Below, one piece after another: positions 1 to 9,848 of a stretch of DNA of 64,000 bases. The notes under the pieces were generated by a model. The model saw nothing but the letters and a program-made list of their open reading frames with translations, ran no database searches and was not told the DNA's origin. The stretch is from the NCBI GenBank assembly GCA_002419295.1, contig DIFW01000017.1, positions 57,099 through 121,098 of the forward strand. The letters are read 5' to 3'. The DNA comes from Patescibacteria group bacterium UBA5738. GTDB taxonomy: Bacteria > Patescibacteriota > Minisyncoccia > Minisyncoccales > UBA5738. A program made the position numbers and the translations under genes. Position 1 is the first letter of the stretch; each line of letters begins with the position of its first letter.

Positions 1-285
1 GGTACGGATGAAATTATCAAACGACAAATCAAGTTTTTCTTTTAACGCCAAAAACGGCCGCGCGGAATCATCGCAATACGCCTGCGGGGTTTTTCCAAGC
101 TCGGCGGCGCGTTGATAAATTTTAGCGCCATGCTCGTCGGTACCGGTATTGAAAAACACCTCTGCTCCTTGCGAGCGATGCCATCGCGCCAAAACATCCG
201 CCTGAATGATCTCCAGCGCGAAACCAATGTGCGGTTTGGCGTTCACATAGGGCAAAGTGGTGGTGATATAATATCTTGAAGCCAT
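1..285 (-). CDS. metG: Methionyl-tRNA synthetase, N-terminal part (gene continues past window start)
   Basis: Reverse-strand translation from ATG at 285 reads MASRYYITTTLPYVNAKPHIGFALE..., a class I aaRS HIGH-type motif typical of MetRS. No stop before position 1. Confidence 0.8.
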   Translation of the reverse strand, partial: MASRYYITTTLPYVNAKPHIGFALEIIQADVLARWHRSQGAEVFFNTGTDEHGAKIYQRAAELGKTPQAYCDDSARPFLALKEKLDLSFDNFIRT

Positions 286-307
286 AATAAATAAAACCTT
301 ATCAAAA

Positions 308-994
308 TTAACGCCCCCCTTCAAGCACCGCGACAAATTCGCCCTTCAAAGGGTCTTTTTTTATTTTGGCGATCACTTCGGCGATCGTGCCGCGATAGAT
401 GGTTTCAAAGGTTTTGGTCAATTCTCGGCAAACAACGAGGCGACGGGTTTTGTCTGGATTCAATTCGTCGATTTCGGACAGGGTTTTTAAAATTCGGAAA
501 TTGGATTCGTAGAACACCGCGGTGAATTCGTTTGCCAGCAGGTCTTCAAAGTATTTTTTGCGTTTGTTTTTCGCCGGCGGGAAACCGGCAAACATAAATT
601 TGTCCGTGGCAAAACCGGAAACGCTCAACGCCGCGATCGCGGCATTCGCGCCCGGAACGGGAATAATTTTAACACTATCGCCGAATTCTTCCACCACCGC
701 TTCCACCAGCCGGTTGCCCGGGTCACTGATACCGGGCGTGCCGGCGTCGGAGACCAGCGCCAAGTTTTTTCCCTCCTTCAGCAATTTTAAAATTTCGCCG
801 GTCTTTTCTGCGTCCGAATGCTGGTGGTAACTCAACAGCGGCTTTGCGATTTCATAATTATCAAGCAAAACTTTGGTCACGCGCGTGTCTTCGCACAATA
901 TCAAATCCGCGCTTTTCAGCGCTTCAACCGCCCGCAATGTCATATCGTCCAAATTGCCGATCGGCGTCGCCGCAATGTATAAAATCCCGGACAT
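308..994 (-). CDS. rsmI: 16S rRNA (cytidine1402-2'-O)-methyltransferase, tetrapyrrole-methylase fold
   Basis: 228 aa. ILYIAATPIGNLDDMTLRA...ILCEDTR is the typical RsmI N-terminus. Confidence 0.85.
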   Translation of the reverse strand: MSGILYIAATPIGNLDDMTLRAVEALKSADLILCEDTRVTKVLLDNYEIAKPLLSYHQHSDAEKTGEILKLLKEGKNLALVSDAGTPGISDPGNRLVEAVVEEFGDSVKIIPVPGANAAIAALSVSGFATDKFMFAGFPPAKNKRKKYFEDLLANEFTAVFYESNFRILKTLSEIDELNPDKTRRLVVCRELTKTFETIYRGTIAEVIAKIKKDPLKGEFVAVLEGGR

Positions 995-996
995 AA

Positions 997-2028
997 TTAT
1001 TCGTTTAATCTTTTATTGCGCATCAAATAATCCCTTACAAAGTCGTATAAAACACCAAACAAAGGAATCGCCAAAATCGCGCCGGCGACTCCCCAAATCG
1101 CTTTTCCGGCCAAAAGCGAGAGTAGCACCAATATCGCGGGAAACTCAATGAATTTCTTTGAAAGCAAGGGAATCACCAGATTGTTTTCCAATTGCTGGAT
1201 TATCGTGAAAATCGCAATCGCGGCCGCCGCCTTTTGCCACGAATCAAGCAACGCTACCAGCGCGATCACCGCGCCCGAAGCAATCGGGCCGATAAACGGC
1301 ACAATATCGGCCACTCCCGCGAAAAATCCCAGAAACACCGGATAGCGAATATCCAGCGCCCAGCATGCCAGCGAAGTGAACACCCCCACCGCCAGCATTC
1401 CCGCCAAACGCACCGCGAACCATCCCGAAATCTTCACTTGCGCCCTTCCCCACCAATCTAAAACGATTTTTTCCCGTTTGGCTGGAATGGCCAGCAAAAT
1501 AAATTTTTTAATGCCGGCGGCCTCCAAGGAGAAGAATGCCGCGGCGACGATTATGGTGAATGTCGTTAAAATGCCGCCAAACAATACGCCCAGCGACCCG
1601 ATAATTCCCGAAGACGCGCCCACCATCCAATCGCGGACCGCGGCGACAAACGCGTCCATGCTTTGGAAAATCACAAATCCCATTCCCGAAAGAAACGGCG
1701 ACACTTTTTCGAAATAAAGCGGGAACAACTGTCCCAATTGCTGGGTCTCAATGGCAAAAATCGGCGCGAGCCAATAAATTCCCGCCCCAAAAATTCCGAA
1801 AACGGAAAAATAAACCAAAAACACGGATGCCCCGCGCGGCACTTTCAATTTTTCCAAAAAGTCCACCGCCGGATTGAAAAGCACGGAAATAATCAACGCA
1901 AAAAGCGCCAGCGACAAAACCTCCCGCGCCAAATACAGCGCGTATCCCACCGCCAATGCCAAACCGATCTTTGCCAGCATTGCCCATGAAACATCAATTG
2001 TTTTTTTATCTCCGCCGATTGAAAACAT
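997..2028 (-). CDS. AI-2E family transporter (PerM/YhhT-like membrane protein)
   Basis: 343 aa polytopic membrane protein. C-terminal block DIVPFIGPIASGAVIAL...IIQQLENNLVIP matches the AI-2E/UPF0118 signature. Confidence 0.7.
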   Translation of the reverse strand: MFSIGGDKKTIDVSWAMLAKIGLALAVGYALYLAREVLSLALFALIISVLFNPAVDFLEKLKVPRGASVFLVYFSVFGIFGAGIYWLAPIFAIETQQLGQLFPLYFEKVSPFLSGMGFVIFQSMDAFVAAVRDWMVGASSGIIGSLGVLFGGILTTFTIIVAAAFFSLEAAGIKKFILLAIPAKREKIVLDWWGRAQVKISGWFAVRLAGMLAVGVFTSLACWALDIRYPVFLGFFAGVADIVPFIGPIASGAVIALVALLDSWQKAAAAIAIFTIIQQLENNLVIPLLSKKFIEFPAILVLLSLLAGKAIWGVAGAILAIPLFGVLYDFVRDYLMRNKRLNE

Positions 2029-2037
2029 ATTCTTTGA

Positions 2038-3309
2038 TTATAGCGCCTCTTCGAGTAAATCGCGAAACCTTGATTCGCCGCCATAAGGTCCGATCACCGC
2101 CAAATTCAACTTTTCGGGTTTGAAAATATCACGCGCCGCCTCTTGAATATCATCAACGGTCACTTGCTTTATTTTCTCATAGATTTCCTCAGGTTCCAAT
2201 ATCCGGCCTTCCAGCAATTCTTGCTCGCCGTAGAACAATCCTTTGGCATGGGACGATTCCAGCGCGATGGCGCTCCTGCCGGTGTAATTGTCTTTGGCCC
2301 GTTGCAATTCCGCCGCCGAAACTTGGCTGGCGCGAATTTTTTTAAATTCCCCCAAAATCACTTTGATGCCCTCATCCAGGCGATCGCTGTTTAAATTGGC
2401 CGTCGCCGCCAGTGAACCAGAGTCGGGATCCATTGACAATTCCGTGTGCACATCATAGACCAGCCCACGCTTGAATCTCACCTCTTCCATCAAGCGGGAA
2501 GAAAACATTCCCCCCAAAACGGTTTCCAGCAATTCCAGCGCCCGGCGACGCGGATAACTGTAGTCAAACGCTCTTACCCCCAGTGCGATCTGCGTTTGAT
2601 TAGTGTCTTTTTTATAAATCAAAACCTGCGGCGTTTCCTGCTTTTCCGCCACAGCGGCTTTTTTTGCCGGATCTTTGGCGGCAAACCGCCCGAAATATTT
2701 TTTTGTCAATTTTTCAGCTTCATTTTCGTCAAAATTGCCGGAGACGCAAACAACTGTGTTTTGCGCCGCATAATTTTTGTCCCGGTATTCCAAAAGCCGG
2801 TCGCGGGAGATACCTTTAACCGTTTCAATCGTCCCGACGATGTCCCGCCCCGCCGGCTGGTCGCCGTAAAGCGCCTGGTTCCAAACCGTCCAAATATGAC
2901 GCATCGGGTGGTCATGAAACATATTGATTTCTTCAATGATCGTTCCCCGCTCTTTTTCAATTTCTTCGGCCGGCAAAACGGAGTTCAAAAAAATATCGGC
3001 GACCAAATCAAACGCCGCTTCAAATTTTTTGCTTTGCACCTTGGCGTAATAACCGGTCATCTCCTGCGAAGTAAACGCGTTGGCAACGCCGCCCAGCCCG
3101 TCAATTTCCGAAAAAACAGCCATTTCCGTCAAGCGCTTTTTGGTGCCCTTGAATTGCAAATGCTCCAGAAAATGGGAGATACCGCTGATCTCTTTGGTTT
3201 CGTATTTGGAACCCGTACCCACCAGCGTCAAAACCGTTACCGTATCGGTGTTCGCGGAGTTTACCGTGATCAGCCTCAACCCGTTGGGCAATGTTGTTTT
3301 TTTATACAT
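2038..3309 (-). CDS. M16 family zinc peptidase (insulinase/pitrilysin-like)
   Basis: 423 aa. Inverted zinc-binding HxxEH motif (HFLEH) near the N-terminus, followed by GTKK and an M16-type domain. Confidence 0.75.
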   Translation of the reverse strand: MYKKTTLPNGLRLITVNSANTDTVTVLTLVGTGSKYETKEISGISHFLEHLQFKGTKKRLTEMAVFSEIDGLGGVANAFTSQEMTGYYAKVQSKKFEAAFDLVADIFLNSVLPAEEIEKERGTIIEEINMFHDHPMRHIWTVWNQALYGDQPAGRDIVGTIETVKGISRDRLLEYRDKNYAAQNTVVCVSGNFDENEAEKLTKKYFGRFAAKDPAKKAAVAEKQETPQVLIYKKDTNQTQIALGVRAFDYSYPRRRALELLETVLGGMFSSRLMEEVRFKRGLVYDVHTELSMDPDSGSLAATANLNSDRLDEGIKVILGEFKKIRASQVSAAELQRAKDNYTGRSAIALESSHAKGLFYGEQELLEGRILEPEEIYEKIKQVTVDDIQEAARDIFKPEKLNLAVIGPYGGESRFRDLLEEAL

Positions 3310-3360
3310 ATAATTTACCGCTGAATAATTAACGAATGTATTACTTTAAAATTTTTACGC

Positions 3361-3915
3361 TTATTTTTCAAAACCGCCAATAACCCAGTCAAATTCACCC
3401 TGCCAGTTCCGGTTCGGACAATTCCATCCCGGGCTTGCCGGATGCGGCCGGCCGCTGGTTTCCATATCAATGATCCCCAAAACAAAGAATGCTCCTCTGG
3501 CCGCATCACAATTGGCATATCCGGCGCTGTAACGATGATAACAGTAACCATAACATCCGGTGCCGGATCCCCCTCTGGGGTCTGTCGGCACTTGTTTCAG
3601 CAACCCTGCCGTTTCCAACATGCCAATGAACGGGCTGTTATTGCCGTCATTACATGGCCCTTGGTCCCATCCGTCGCAACAAGCATCCGATGAAATCGGC
3701 GGGAACCCTCCGTATTGGACATTATACATCTGCAGTGCCAGCACAATTTGCCGCATATCACTCACCCGCCGCGCGTCGCGCGCTTTTGCACGGGTATCGG
3801 TCATCGCCACCAGCACCATCCCCGATAACACACCGATGATGGAAATCACCACCAAAAGTTCGATTAAAGTAAACCCGTTCTTGCTTGCCAAATTGGATTC
3901 AAAGGGAAAAATCAT
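3361..3915 (-). CDS. Type IV pilin-like protein (prepilin N-terminal cleavage/methylation domain), paralog 1
   Basis: Class III signal KNG|[25 protein letters not shown], then a KARDARR motif and a Cys-rich variable C-terminal domain. Confidence 0.8.
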   Translation of the reverse strand: MIFPFESNLASKNGFTLIELLVVISIIGVLSGMVLVAMTDTRAKARDARRVSDMRQIVLALQMYNVQYGGFPPISSDACCDGWDQGPCNDGNNSPFIGMLETAGLLKQVPTDPRGGSGTGCYGYCYHRYSAGYANCDAARGAFFVLGIIDMETSGRPHPASPGWNCPNRNWQGEFDWVIGGFEK

Positions 3916-3959
3916 CTCTCTTTTTAAAATTACCCGATAATCATTTTTCGTAATGAAAA

Positions 3960-4541
3960 TTATTTTTGGCGCATCCCGACGGTGATCACGCCATAATTAA
4001 CACTGCTCGGATTGGTACTGCCATAATTAAAAAAATATCCGGACGGATAATCCGTACCGCTCACGGTGCAAGGACAAGTCCGTGTGCCGGGAGACGCCAT
4101 ATTCGGTTTTTCAAGGCGATAAGAAAGCATGTACCAATGCCCCGAACATCCGTAACCGGAAGCGTAATAGGCATAAAGATAGGTGCTGGTCGTTGTCCAC
4201 GGATAATTAACCGGATTGGTGATCGGAGTATTAACCGGGTCTGCGGGCAAACTGATATACGGCGCCAATTGCGTTTTAAAAGCGTTCCAATTAGTCTCAT
4301 TGTTGCTGATTGTCCAGCCTCTTACCGGATAGGTGCCCTTCTCCGCGTAATACAATTCCAGCGCCTTGCGGATTTGAGTGATGTCGTTAACCCTCCGCGC
4401 GTCCCGCGCTCTGGCACGCGCATCGGTCATCGCCACCAAAACCATCCCCGACAGCACGCCGATGATGGAAATCACCACCAGAAGCTCGATCAGAGTGAAG
4501 CCGTTCTTGCCCGGGTTTAATCTAGCAAAGAACTCCGGCAT
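3960..4541 (-). CDS. Type IV pilin-like protein, paralog 2 (start trimmed to [19 protein letters not shown])
   Basis: Same conserved prepilin N-terminus as paralog 1. About 150 nt near-identical to paralog 4. Confidence 0.8.
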   Translation of the reverse strand: MPEFFARLNPGKNGFTLIELLVVISIIGVLSGMVLVAMTDARARARDARRVNDITQIRKALELYYAEKGTYPVRGWTISNNETNWNAFKTQLAPYISLPADPVNTPITNPVNYPWTTTSTYLYAYYASGYGCSGHWYMLSYRLEKPNMASPGTRTCPCTVSGTDYPSGYFFNYGSTNPSSVNYGVITVGMRQK

Positions 4542-4723
4542 TACAACTTGCCCCGCAATCACGCAAACCGCCGGTACCGGCAAATTTCATTTCTTGCAAG
4601 ACATATTAATTTTCTTTTTTGCATCCTTATCATAAAAATCCGGCTTATTATAAACACTCAATAAAACTAGTTTTTCTTGGAAATGAGAAAATCATAAAAC
4701 TCTCGCCGGATAATTACTTATGC

Positions 4724-5311
4724 TTATATTCCCAGATAACCGCATTGGCGGCAAGACCCGCCGGGAGGACAATGAATGGCAGATTTACCACTTTCCCAGG
4801 CCGCCCATTTCCACCCTAGACAATCATTGTCATTATTCGGAAATTTATCCGTTTGAAATGATAATTGATAAGCCCCATTGATAGTATTCACTGGCGACGG
4901 CAACCAATATGATCCGGGAGAGGCATAAATATATGTCCAATAAACGCGGCCAATGTCTCCGTATGACGGATCTTTAGGGATTTGCTTTAGATAAGTTACC
5001 AGCGCGGCATTGACGCTGTCGCTGCCATGCGGACCGCCGCCCCAACATTCTTCCGTGGAAGGTATCCCAAGACACACGATTTGCCCGCCCGTACCCGGAT
5101 ATGAACCGTGTTCGGCGGCATACATTTCTATCGCGGTTCTTATCTGCCGGATATCCGATACCCGCCGCGCGTCCCTTGCCTTTTCCCGAAACCCCGTCAT
5201 TGCCACCAACACCATCCCCGATAACACACCGATGATGGAAATCACCACCAAAAGTTCGATTAGGGTAAAACCTTTTTTGTTCGATTTTAGTTTGGCAAAA
5301 AAATCCGGCAT
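4724..5311 (-). CDS. Type IV pilin-like protein, paralog 3
   Basis: [39 protein letters not shown]..., with a divergent Cys-containing C-terminal domain. Confidence 0.8.
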   Translation of the reverse strand: MPDFFAKLKSNKKGFTLIELLVVISIIGVLSGMVLVAMTGFREKARDARRVSDIRQIRTAIEMYAAEHGSYPGTGGQIVCLGIPSTEECWGGGPHGSDSVNAALVTYLKQIPKDPSYGDIGRVYWTYIYASPGSYWLPSPVNTINGAYQLSFQTDKFPNNDNDCLGWKWAAWESGKSAIHCPPGGSCRQCGYLGI

Positions 5312-5321
5312 TATGCTTTAC

Positions 5322-5555
5322 TTAATGAATCATTTCCCCGGAAACATCGTAATTAACGGTTTGGTTTTTGGCGTTCTGCTGATAGAAATAATATCCCCAA
5401 AACGCGACGGTCAAAACCAGGCACACAATAATGATAACGATCTGAATTTTTTTCTTTTTCGCGCCCCGCTCCAAATCCGGCGGCGGGGCAATCTCGGTTT
5501 GCGGCTTGGCAGTATAATCGCTGAAATCAATGCCTTTATTTTGATTTGAGTCCAT
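5322..5555 (-). CDS. Small single-pass membrane protein, hypothetical, embedded in the pilin array
   Basis: 77 aa. Pro-rich N-terminus, one hydrophobic helix (IVIIIVCLVLTVAFWGYYFY). No recognisable family. Confidence 0.35.
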   Translation of the reverse strand: MDSNQNKGIDFSDYTAKPQTEIAPPPDLERGAKKKKIQIVIIIVCLVLTVAFWGYYFYQQNAKNQTVNYDVSGEMIH

Positions 5556-5566
5556 ATTTTTGAAAA

Positions 5567-6097
5567 TTATTTTTGCACCATACCAATAGTAAGAGTGCCG
5601 GAATAATTATAGGTGCCATTGGGACATTTTACCCCGGGAGATACAATACTACCCGGTTTTTCTATCCTGGCTAACAACATATACCAATGCCGGGTGAATG
5701 AAGCATCCGGGACATAAGTGCCCGTTCCCGTATAATAACTATAAGTATAAACATCGGCAGTATACGCATGTCCGGAAGAAGGCGCGTTGATCGGATCTTT
5801 GGGAAGGGCGATATAAGGCGCCAGCGGTGTCACCAGCGCTTGCCACGCGGCCGCGTCGTTGCTACTTCTCCACCCAATTGCATTAGGATAGATTGCGTTC
5901 TCCGCGTAATACAATTCCAGCGCCTTGCGGATTTGGGTAATATCGTTCACCCGCCGCGCGTCGCGCGCTCTGGCGCGCGTATCGGTCATCGCCACCAAAA
6001 CCATCCCCGACAGCGTGCCGATGATGGAAATCACCACCAGAAGTTCGATCAGAGTAAAACCATTGGATGGTTTTAACTTGGCAAAAAACTCAAACAT
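5567..6097 (-). CDS. Type IV pilin-like protein, paralog 4 (start trimmed to MFEFFAKLKPSNGFTLIE)
   Basis: Conserved prepilin N-terminus. 5' region nearly identical to paralog 2. Confidence 0.8.
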   Translation of the reverse strand: MFEFFAKLKPSNGFTLIELLVVISIIGTLSGMVLVAMTDTRARARDARRVNDITQIRKALELYYAENAIYPNAIGWRSSNDAAAWQALVTPLAPYIALPKDPINAPSSGHAYTADVYTYSYYTGTGTYVPDASFTRHWYMLLARIEKPGSIVSPGVKCPNGTYNYSGTLTIGMVQK

Positions 6098-6171
6098 TCG
6101 CCCTCGCCCCGCGGTCACGCAAAACCCGACTTCGCCGAATCCGGTTTCCCGCGGCACAAATTAACCTTTCT

Positions 6172-7563
6172 TCATCCCGAATATAACCCGCGCTTGACAT
6201 AATCGGCAAGCAAATTCATCTTCACGCGCGTCTGCGCCATAGTATCGCGATCGCGCACCGTGGCATCATCACCGGCAAGCGAATCAAAATCCACGGTAAT
6301 GCAATAGGGCGTGCCGATCTCGTCCTGGCGGCGATAGCGTTTGCCGATATTGCCAGAATCGTCAAACTCGCACATAAATTCCTCGCGCAACGCTTCATAG
6401 ACTTCCCGCGCTTTGGCGACAAGTTCGGGTTTGTTTTTCAACAACGGGAAAATTGCCGCTTTGATCGGCGCCAATCTCCGGTCAAACTTCATCACTGTGC
6501 GCGTCTCGCCGTTAACTTCCTCTTCGGCATAAGCTTTGTCCAAAAACATAAAAAACAGCCGGTTCAAACCCACGGAAGTTTCCATAATGTGGGGAATGAA
6601 TTTTTCGCCGCTTTGAGGATCGGCATAACTCAAGTCCTGCCCGGAAAATTTGGAATGCTGGCTCAAATCCCAATCGCCGCGCGCGTGGATGCCCTCCACT
6701 TCCTTGTATCCGCCCAGCGCCTTGAAATTATATTCAATGTCATACGCTTCGGAAGCATAATGCGCCAATTTTTCATGCTTGTACCAGCGGATATCGCTTT
6801 CATCCATCCCATAATTCAAATACCAGTTCCAACGAGTTTGCTTCCAATCATTATATTTTTCTTTCATCATCGACGGATGCAAAAAATACTGCATCTCCAT
6901 CTGTTCAAACTCGCGCGTGCGGAAAATAAACTGCCGCGCCACGATCTCGTTGCGAAACGCCTTGCCTACTTGCGCGATACCGAACGGCAATTTCACTCTG
7001 GCGGTATCCAGCGTGTTTTTATATTCCAAATAGATGCCGCCGCAGGTTTCCGGCCGCAAATAAACCACATTTTCTTCGCTCAACGCGTCGGTGGGAGAGC
7101 CCAGATTGGATTTGACCATCAATGAAAATCTTTTTGCCGCGGTTAAATCCGTCGATCCGCAATTGGCGCATTTGAGTTTTTTTTCGCTCCGCAGTTTGTC
7201 CAATTCGGCATTAAGAAATTCCAGCGGCTGTTTGTCCGCCGACACTCCGAATTGCTCCAGAATATGATCGGCGCGCCAGCGGGCTTTGCATTTTTTGCAA
7301 TCAACTTGCGGATCATCAAAACTGTCCACATGCCCGGAAGCGAGCCATGTCGTCGGATGCATAAAAATCGCGCTGTCCAAACCCACAACATCGTCGCGCA
7401 ACTGCACCATATGCCGCCACCACGCGTCGCGAATGTTGTTTTTCAAGAGCGTACCGTAATGGCCATAGTCATAAATCGCGGCAAACCCTCCATATATTTC
7501 CGAGGACGGAAAAACGAATCCCCTTCTTTTGGCCAACGAGATGATATTTTGCAAATAATCCAT
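6172..7563 (-). CDS. glyQS: Glycyl-tRNA synthetase (homodimeric alpha2 type)
   Basis: 463 aa. N-terminus GFVFPSSEIYGGFAAIYDYGHYG and class II aaRS motifs typical of GlyRS. Confidence 0.85.
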   Translation of the reverse strand: MDYLQNIISLAKRRGFVFPSSEIYGGFAAIYDYGHYGTLLKNNIRDAWWRHMVQLRDDVVGLDSAIFMHPTTWLASGHVDSFDDPQVDCKKCKARWRADHILEQFGVSADKQPLEFLNAELDKLRSEKKLKCANCGSTDLTAAKRFSLMVKSNLGSPTDALSEENVVYLRPETCGGIYLEYKNTLDTARVKLPFGIAQVGKAFRNEIVARQFIFRTREFEQMEMQYFLHPSMMKEKYNDWKQTRWNWYLNYGMDESDIRWYKHEKLAHYASEAYDIEYNFKALGGYKEVEGIHARGDWDLSQHSKFSGQDLSYADPQSGEKFIPHIMETSVGLNRLFFMFLDKAYAEEEVNGETRTVMKFDRRLAPIKAAIFPLLKNKPELVAKAREVYEALREEFMCEFDDSGNIGKRYRRQDEIGTPYCITVDFDSLAGDDATVRDRDTMAQTRVKMNLLADYVKRGLYSG

Positions 7564-7592
7564 ATTTCAAATGAAAAATTTAAATAGATTTT

Positions 7593-9272
7593 CTAATTTG
7601 TTTTTGGCTGGACGATGCCGCTGTTTTCAACCAGCGCCGGATCGGAAAGCGAGGCTGTGTCAATGGCAGGGGCGATTGATTCCAGCGGAATACCAGTCCA
7701 ACCGTCATTGCCTTTTATCACCGCTTGGCCGATGATCCCGGCGGTGCCGCCGATCTGGGAATTCATCGGCGTTACCGCCACTTGAAATGAAATGTTAAGC
7801 GGATTGGAAACCAGCCCTTGTCCCGCCGACATATCGCCGATGGTCCAAACGATTTCCCGGGTCGTTTGATCATATGCCAATTTTTCGGCTTGATTCTCGG
7901 GAAAAATCTTGCCGGCGGCCAATTGCGCCTCCGGCGGCAAAACCGCGCGCGCGCTCACCGCGCCGACATTCGAATAATAATTTTTCACTTGCCATGTAAC
8001 CGTATAGGTTGTCGGCGCGCCGGCCTGAGGCGGCAAAGGCCCAGTATTGCCGAATATCTCATCGCCATAGAACGCCTTTTGCGTTAATTCCAATTTGGAG
8101 CTGATTTTGGTGGTGAATTCCTCGCGCGCCGGACCGATCATTATCTTGTTGGTAAGTTCCGGCCGATTCAAACGGCTCAAATCGTCTTTCAGCTTCACCC
8201 AGAATTCCGCTTTTCCTTCGTCCATCACCGGCAGATAGGCCAACCCGTTGTTCTGCCGCCAGTCGAATACCAGCGAATTGTTGCCGGTTTGGAAATTACC
8301 GGTTTCTGATTTTATCGTCGTCAAATCATACAAATCACCTTCCAGATTATCGATTAAGACCAGATTATAAAGCTCGCTGTCGCTCACATTTTTATAATAA
8401 ATCTCGTAATGCAACCACTCTCCCGGCTTGGCGGTGTAATTGGCGTCGCCGTTGATGGTTTGCCGCAACGCGACCGTGGGCTTGACGATTTTGGTGCCTT
8501 TTTCAATTTCTTTCAACTGCATATACTGGCCGTCTTTCCAAATACCGATGCGCGCCCGAAAAACCTTTCCTTCGTTCAAAGACCCGGAAAGCCGTCCGGA
8601 GACATCAATCGTACCCGACTGGTTTTTATTCAATACCGGCACCACCCATTCGTCTTTATCGAAAGATTCCGGCGTTGAATGCGAAAATGAATACCCCGCG
8701 GGATAGTCCATATTGACGCGCAAATCGGTGAGAAGCCAATCCACATTGGAAAAATAATTTATCTTGAAGCGAAAATCTTTGTCGGCCTCCACGGTGGAAG
8801 CAATATCCATATCCAAATCCAAAGGCACCTCTTTCATTATTGTGGTAAATGTCGTCGCCGACTCAAAGCGCGCGCTCAAATTTTTCGGCTGGTAGGAAAG
8901 CACCGCGCTTGCCACTCTGGCATCGCCGGCTTTTCCCACCACGCGAAATTTGAAAGTGAAGCTTTTTTCTTCTCCGGGATAAATCGCGCCGCCCAGCTTT
9001 TCGGATTCAAGCACTTCTTTGGCAAAGATTTTATCGTCTTTAACCGAAAAATCCGGCGCCGTAAAAATCAGATTGGGATTTTCCAGCCGGAATTCGCCGT
9101 TGTTTTTGTACTTCACCACATATTCCACTTCCTGCCCCAAAACCGCTTCGCGGGGACCGAAAATTTCCAATTTCAATTCTTCTTTCGAGTAAATGTTTTT
9201 GCGCCAAAAACCATAACCCACGGCGGCAATCACTAAAACAAAAACGATTAAAATTTTAACAAATTTGCTCAT
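7593..9272 (-). CDS. Membrane-anchored DUF11-type (conserved repeat domain) surface protein
   Basis: 559 aa. N-terminal TM helix, then repeated beta-rich modules (GQEVEYVVKYKNNG..., GEWLHYEIYYKNVSDS...) that resemble DUF11/CARDB-like repeats. Confidence 0.5.
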   Translation of the reverse strand: MSKFVKILIVFVLVIAAVGYGFWRKNIYSKEELKLEIFGPREAVLGQEVEYVVKYKNNGEFRLENPNLIFTAPDFSVKDDKIFAKEVLESEKLGGAIYPGEEKSFTFKFRVVGKAGDARVASAVLSYQPKNLSARFESATTFTTIMKEVPLDLDMDIASTVEADKDFRFKINYFSNVDWLLTDLRVNMDYPAGYSFSHSTPESFDKDEWVVPVLNKNQSGTIDVSGRLSGSLNEGKVFRARIGIWKDGQYMQLKEIEKGTKIVKPTVALRQTINGDANYTAKPGEWLHYEIYYKNVSDSELYNLVLIDNLEGDLYDLTTIKSETGNFQTGNNSLVFDWRQNNGLAYLPVMDEGKAEFWVKLKDDLSRLNRPELTNKIMIGPAREEFTTKISSKLELTQKAFYGDEIFGNTGPLPPQAGAPTTYTVTWQVKNYYSNVGAVSARAVLPPEAQLAAGKIFPENQAEKLAYDQTTREIVWTIGDMSAGQGLVSNPLNISFQVAVTPMNSQIGGTAGIIGQAVIKGNDGWTGIPLESIAPAIDTASLSDPALVENSGIVQPKTN

Positions 9273-9290
9273 TGAAAATTTGATGATTGC

Positions 9291-9836
9291 TTAATAAAAC
9301 TTTTTTGGATTCAGGCTGTTTACTCCGGACACAAAATTGCGCCTGCTTTCAGAATCATACTTAAGTTTTTTAACCTCATCGGAAGTGAAGCTTCGGAGCG
9401 ACGGATGGCTCCACCTGCCCTCTTTCACCGCTGTCTGCATAGATCTTAATTTATCTCCTCTCACCCACGCATCACCGCTCCCTCCAAGAATTCTGGCCAT
9501 CGTTTTTTTCGCTTTCTCTTTTGATGCAAATGATTCCGGAAGTGCTTTTCCCCACGATTCCGCCAGCGCCGGCGCGATTTTTTTCAATTGCTCCGACCCC
9601 TGCGCGCCATAATATTTTTTAATTTCTTCTTTAGTTTTTCCGGATTTTTCTTGTATTTTTGGAGCAATCGTCTTGGCCTTATCTGTTGTTATATTGGAAC
9701 GACTGCCGCCAAACCGCGATGTCGGGCGATTTAAAAGATCCCCGCCTTCGGAGAACGAATGACCCAAAACATTTTCATTCTCGTTGCTGTTTTCCGGTTT
9801 TGTGCCGCCGCCAAAAAAATTTCCAAAGATTGACAT
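9291..9836 (-). CDS. Hypothetical low-complexity protein
   Basis: 181 aa. Gly/Ser/Lys-rich, no TM helix and no recognisable motif. Confidence 0.3.
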   Translation of the reverse strand: MSIFGNFFGGGTKPENSNENENVLGHSFSEGGDLLNRPTSRFGGSRSNITTDKAKTIAPKIQEKSGKTKEEIKKYYGAQGSEQLKKIAPALAESWGKALPESFASKEKAKKTMARILGGSGDAWVRGDKLRSMQTAVKEGRWSHPSLRSFTSDEVKKLKYDSESRRNFVSGVNSLNPKKFY

Positions 9837-9848
9837 CGTGCCGTTAAA

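Noticed and set aside
42-227. Track ORF of 61 aa on the - strand at the window start
   Set aside because: Another - strand frame over 1..285 gives a clean MetRS N-terminus starting at ATG 285. The listed ORF is an overlapping alternative frame.
2446-3324. 292-aa + strand ORF antisense to the M16 peptidase gene, and similar long antisense ORFs (10105..10929 in the CaCA gene, 11240..11842 in ileS, 15770..16285 in rpsA, 35314..36159 in tyrS, 55393..56007 and 59172..59843)
   Set aside because: Each lies entirely inside a well-supported gene on the opposite strand. Each has low-complexity or Arg/Pro-rich composition typical of antisense frames and no recognisable domain.
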